Assembly (NCBI GenBank): GCA_963762255.1
Contig: CAVXKA010000001.1
Location: 704,001 to 768,000 of the forward strand
DNA: 64,000 bases
Direction: 5' to 3'
Origin: Candidatus Eiseniibacteriota bacterium
GTDB lineage: Bacteria; Eisenbacteria; RBG-16-71-46; JABDJR01
Below the pieces are notes generated by a model that searched no databases, was not told where the DNA came from, and saw only the letters and a list, made by a program, of their open reading frames with translations. Made by a program: the position numbers and the translations under genes. This document shows, in pieces, positions 62,722-64,000 of the stretch (the first letter of the stretch is position 1; each line of letters starts with the position of its first letter).

Positions 62722-63183
62722 ATGGCAATGTTCGGATCCAAAGAGAAGGAACAGGTGGTTGCGGCTCCGAGCAGCGGCACCAAGGACAAGCGAGTCAACA
62801 GCGTGCTCGGAGAGGGCGCTACCTTCAGCGGGACGATGCGCGTGGACGGCAGCCTCGTCATCCACGGCGAATTCGAGGGAACCCTCACCTGTACCGAGGG
62901 CCTCGTTGTGGGAAAGACGGGCCGACTCAAGGCGGAGATGGACGTCCAGAACGCCACGATCGGCGGCCGTGTCGAGGGCCGCATCTTCGCCAAGGAACGC
63001 GTCGAACTCCAGACGGGGAGCCACTTCCTCGGAGATGTGCACTCCCGCTCATTTGTCATCCAGGACGGCGTCTTCTTCCAGGGCAACTGCACGATGGGGG
63101 AGACCCAAAGGGGCGGTCCGGCGGCCAAGGAGCCGGCGGGGGCACCCCCGCGACAGGAGTTGGGGATTCTCAAGCAGCCATAA
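62722..63183 (+). CDS. Bactofilin (polymer-forming cytoskeletal protein)
   Basis: SVLGEGATFSG, LVIHGEFEG, IGGRVEG, GVFFQGNC; AGGAGG RBS. Confidence 0.92.
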   Translation: MAMFGSKEKEQVVAAPSSGTKDKRVNSVLGEGATFSGTMRVDGSLVIHGEFEGTLTCTEGLVVGKTGRLKAEMDVQNATIGGRVEGRIFAKERVELQTGSHFLGDVHSRSFVIQDGVFFQGNCTMGETQRGGPAAKEPAGAPPRQELGILKQP

Positions 63184-63392
63184 ACCGTCAACGAATGTGT
63201 CAGGTCGGGGCTGTGGAGAACAGGCCCTGCGGTGTGGAAAACACACAACTCATTGCATTACAAGTTATTGCGAAAACAACACCCGCTGTCGGGGGTGTCT
63301 TTTCAACATGACAGGTGCGGCGAAACCGCTGAACCGCCGCGGGCGTCGGCGCCCCGCGGGCGGAACCCGGGCAGGCCGGCAGGGAGATTCAC

Positions 63393-63617
63393 GTGAGCAT
63401 TTCACCCAGAGCCAAGCAGATCCTCGCGGCTGTCGGCGTGCTTCTGGTGTTCATCATCACCGTGCAGAACATGGGTCAGGTGCGGCTGCGTTTTCTGGTG
63501 TGGAGCGCGACGATCGACCAGCTCTTCCTCATCCCCTTCCTGTTCCTTTGCGGGGTGGGCGTGGGCATGATCCTGCAGTGGGGCCTTCGCCGCAAACCTC
63601 GAACCGCGCGCAGGTAA
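63393..63617 (+). CDS. LapA (DUF1049) family small membrane protein
   Basis: FIITVQNMGQVRLRFLVW pattern, two TM helices. Confidence 0.75.
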   Translation: MSISPRAKQILAAVGVLLVFIITVQNMGQVRLRFLVWSATIDQLFLIPFLFLCGVGVGMILQWGLRRKPRTARR

Positions 63618-63647
63618 GCCCACCGCGCCGGGGAATCCGCGGCGCAC

Positions 63648-64000
63648 TCACTCCAACATCGCGAGCGTCGCCAAGCCATGTGGGATGACGAGCACGCGCG
63701 CGCGGTCTCCGAGTCGGTCCAGCACGTGCGCGACCGCAGCGTCGGCGCCCTCGGCGGATTCCATGTGACAGGCTGCTGCCACGGACGGAAGCTCGGAACC
63801 GACCAGAAGGCAGCGGTATCGCTCCAGGGCGCGGGCCACCATGAACGCGCGCTGCCCGCCGACGCCGAACCCCGTCTCGCGCAGACGCCGCACCACGTCC
63901 GCCGGGGAAGTACCGGCGCGCATCCGAGAGAGGAACTCCTCCTCGCCGGGGCCTCGGCCCGCCCCCTCCTCGCATCGTGCCACGAGCACGACCCACCCGC
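63648..64000 (-). CDS. C-terminal fragment of a LarA-like (nickel-dependent lactate racemase family) protein, partial at window edge
   Basis: VLVARCEEGAG...VLVIPHGLATL; the 5' part lies beyond the window. Confidence 0.6.
   Translation of the reverse strand, partial: GWVVLVARCEEGAGRGPGEEEFLSRMRAGTSPADVVRRLRETGFGVGGQRAFMVARALERYRCLLVGSELPSVAAACHMESAEGADAAVAHVLDRLGDRARVLVIPHGLATLAMLE

Overview
High-GC chromosomal window from a diderm bacterium. Secreted proteins ending in FlgD-Ig-like domains or an SWGxxKxxY tail suggest an Eisenbacteria/Latescibacterota/Krumholzibacteriota-like lineage; this is inference. The right part (about 39.6-64 kb) is the replication origin region. On the minus strand: dnaA, dnaN, dciA, gyrB, a ybgA-like gene, two beta-barrel paralogs, gyrA and rex. 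A bipartite oriC with DnaA boxes and DnaA-trios flanks dnaA. On the plus strand: rpmH-rnpA-yidD-yidC-jag-mnmE-mnmG-rsmG, a parS cluster, a 13-bp tandem repeat, then parA-parB-M23 peptidase-bactofilin. The left part is mixed housekeeping and accessory content: secreted FlgD/cohesin/dockerin-like proteins (several with single-base frameshifts), an NSS transporter with a small partner peptide, a sigma54 two-component system, nfo, glnA, an ECF sigma/anti-sigma/periplasmic-sensor operon and queD-queE. Three signals not captured by the ORF track stand out. (1) An about 300-nt structured non-coding RNA candidate (35716-36018) with a sigma54 promoter, anti-Shine-Dalgarno CCUCC motifs and an intrinsic terminator, convergent with a DEDDh exonuclease-WYL fusion. 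(2) A UGA-recoded CxU selenoprotein (UshA-like domain plus tetraheme cytochrome c) with a SECIS-like hairpin (28008-29360). (3) A membrane-anchored, apparently non-catalytic MerB-fold protein next to the ECF operon. No rRNA, tRNA, CRISPR array or mobile element was seen. All assignments come from motif recognition by eye; no database searches were run.
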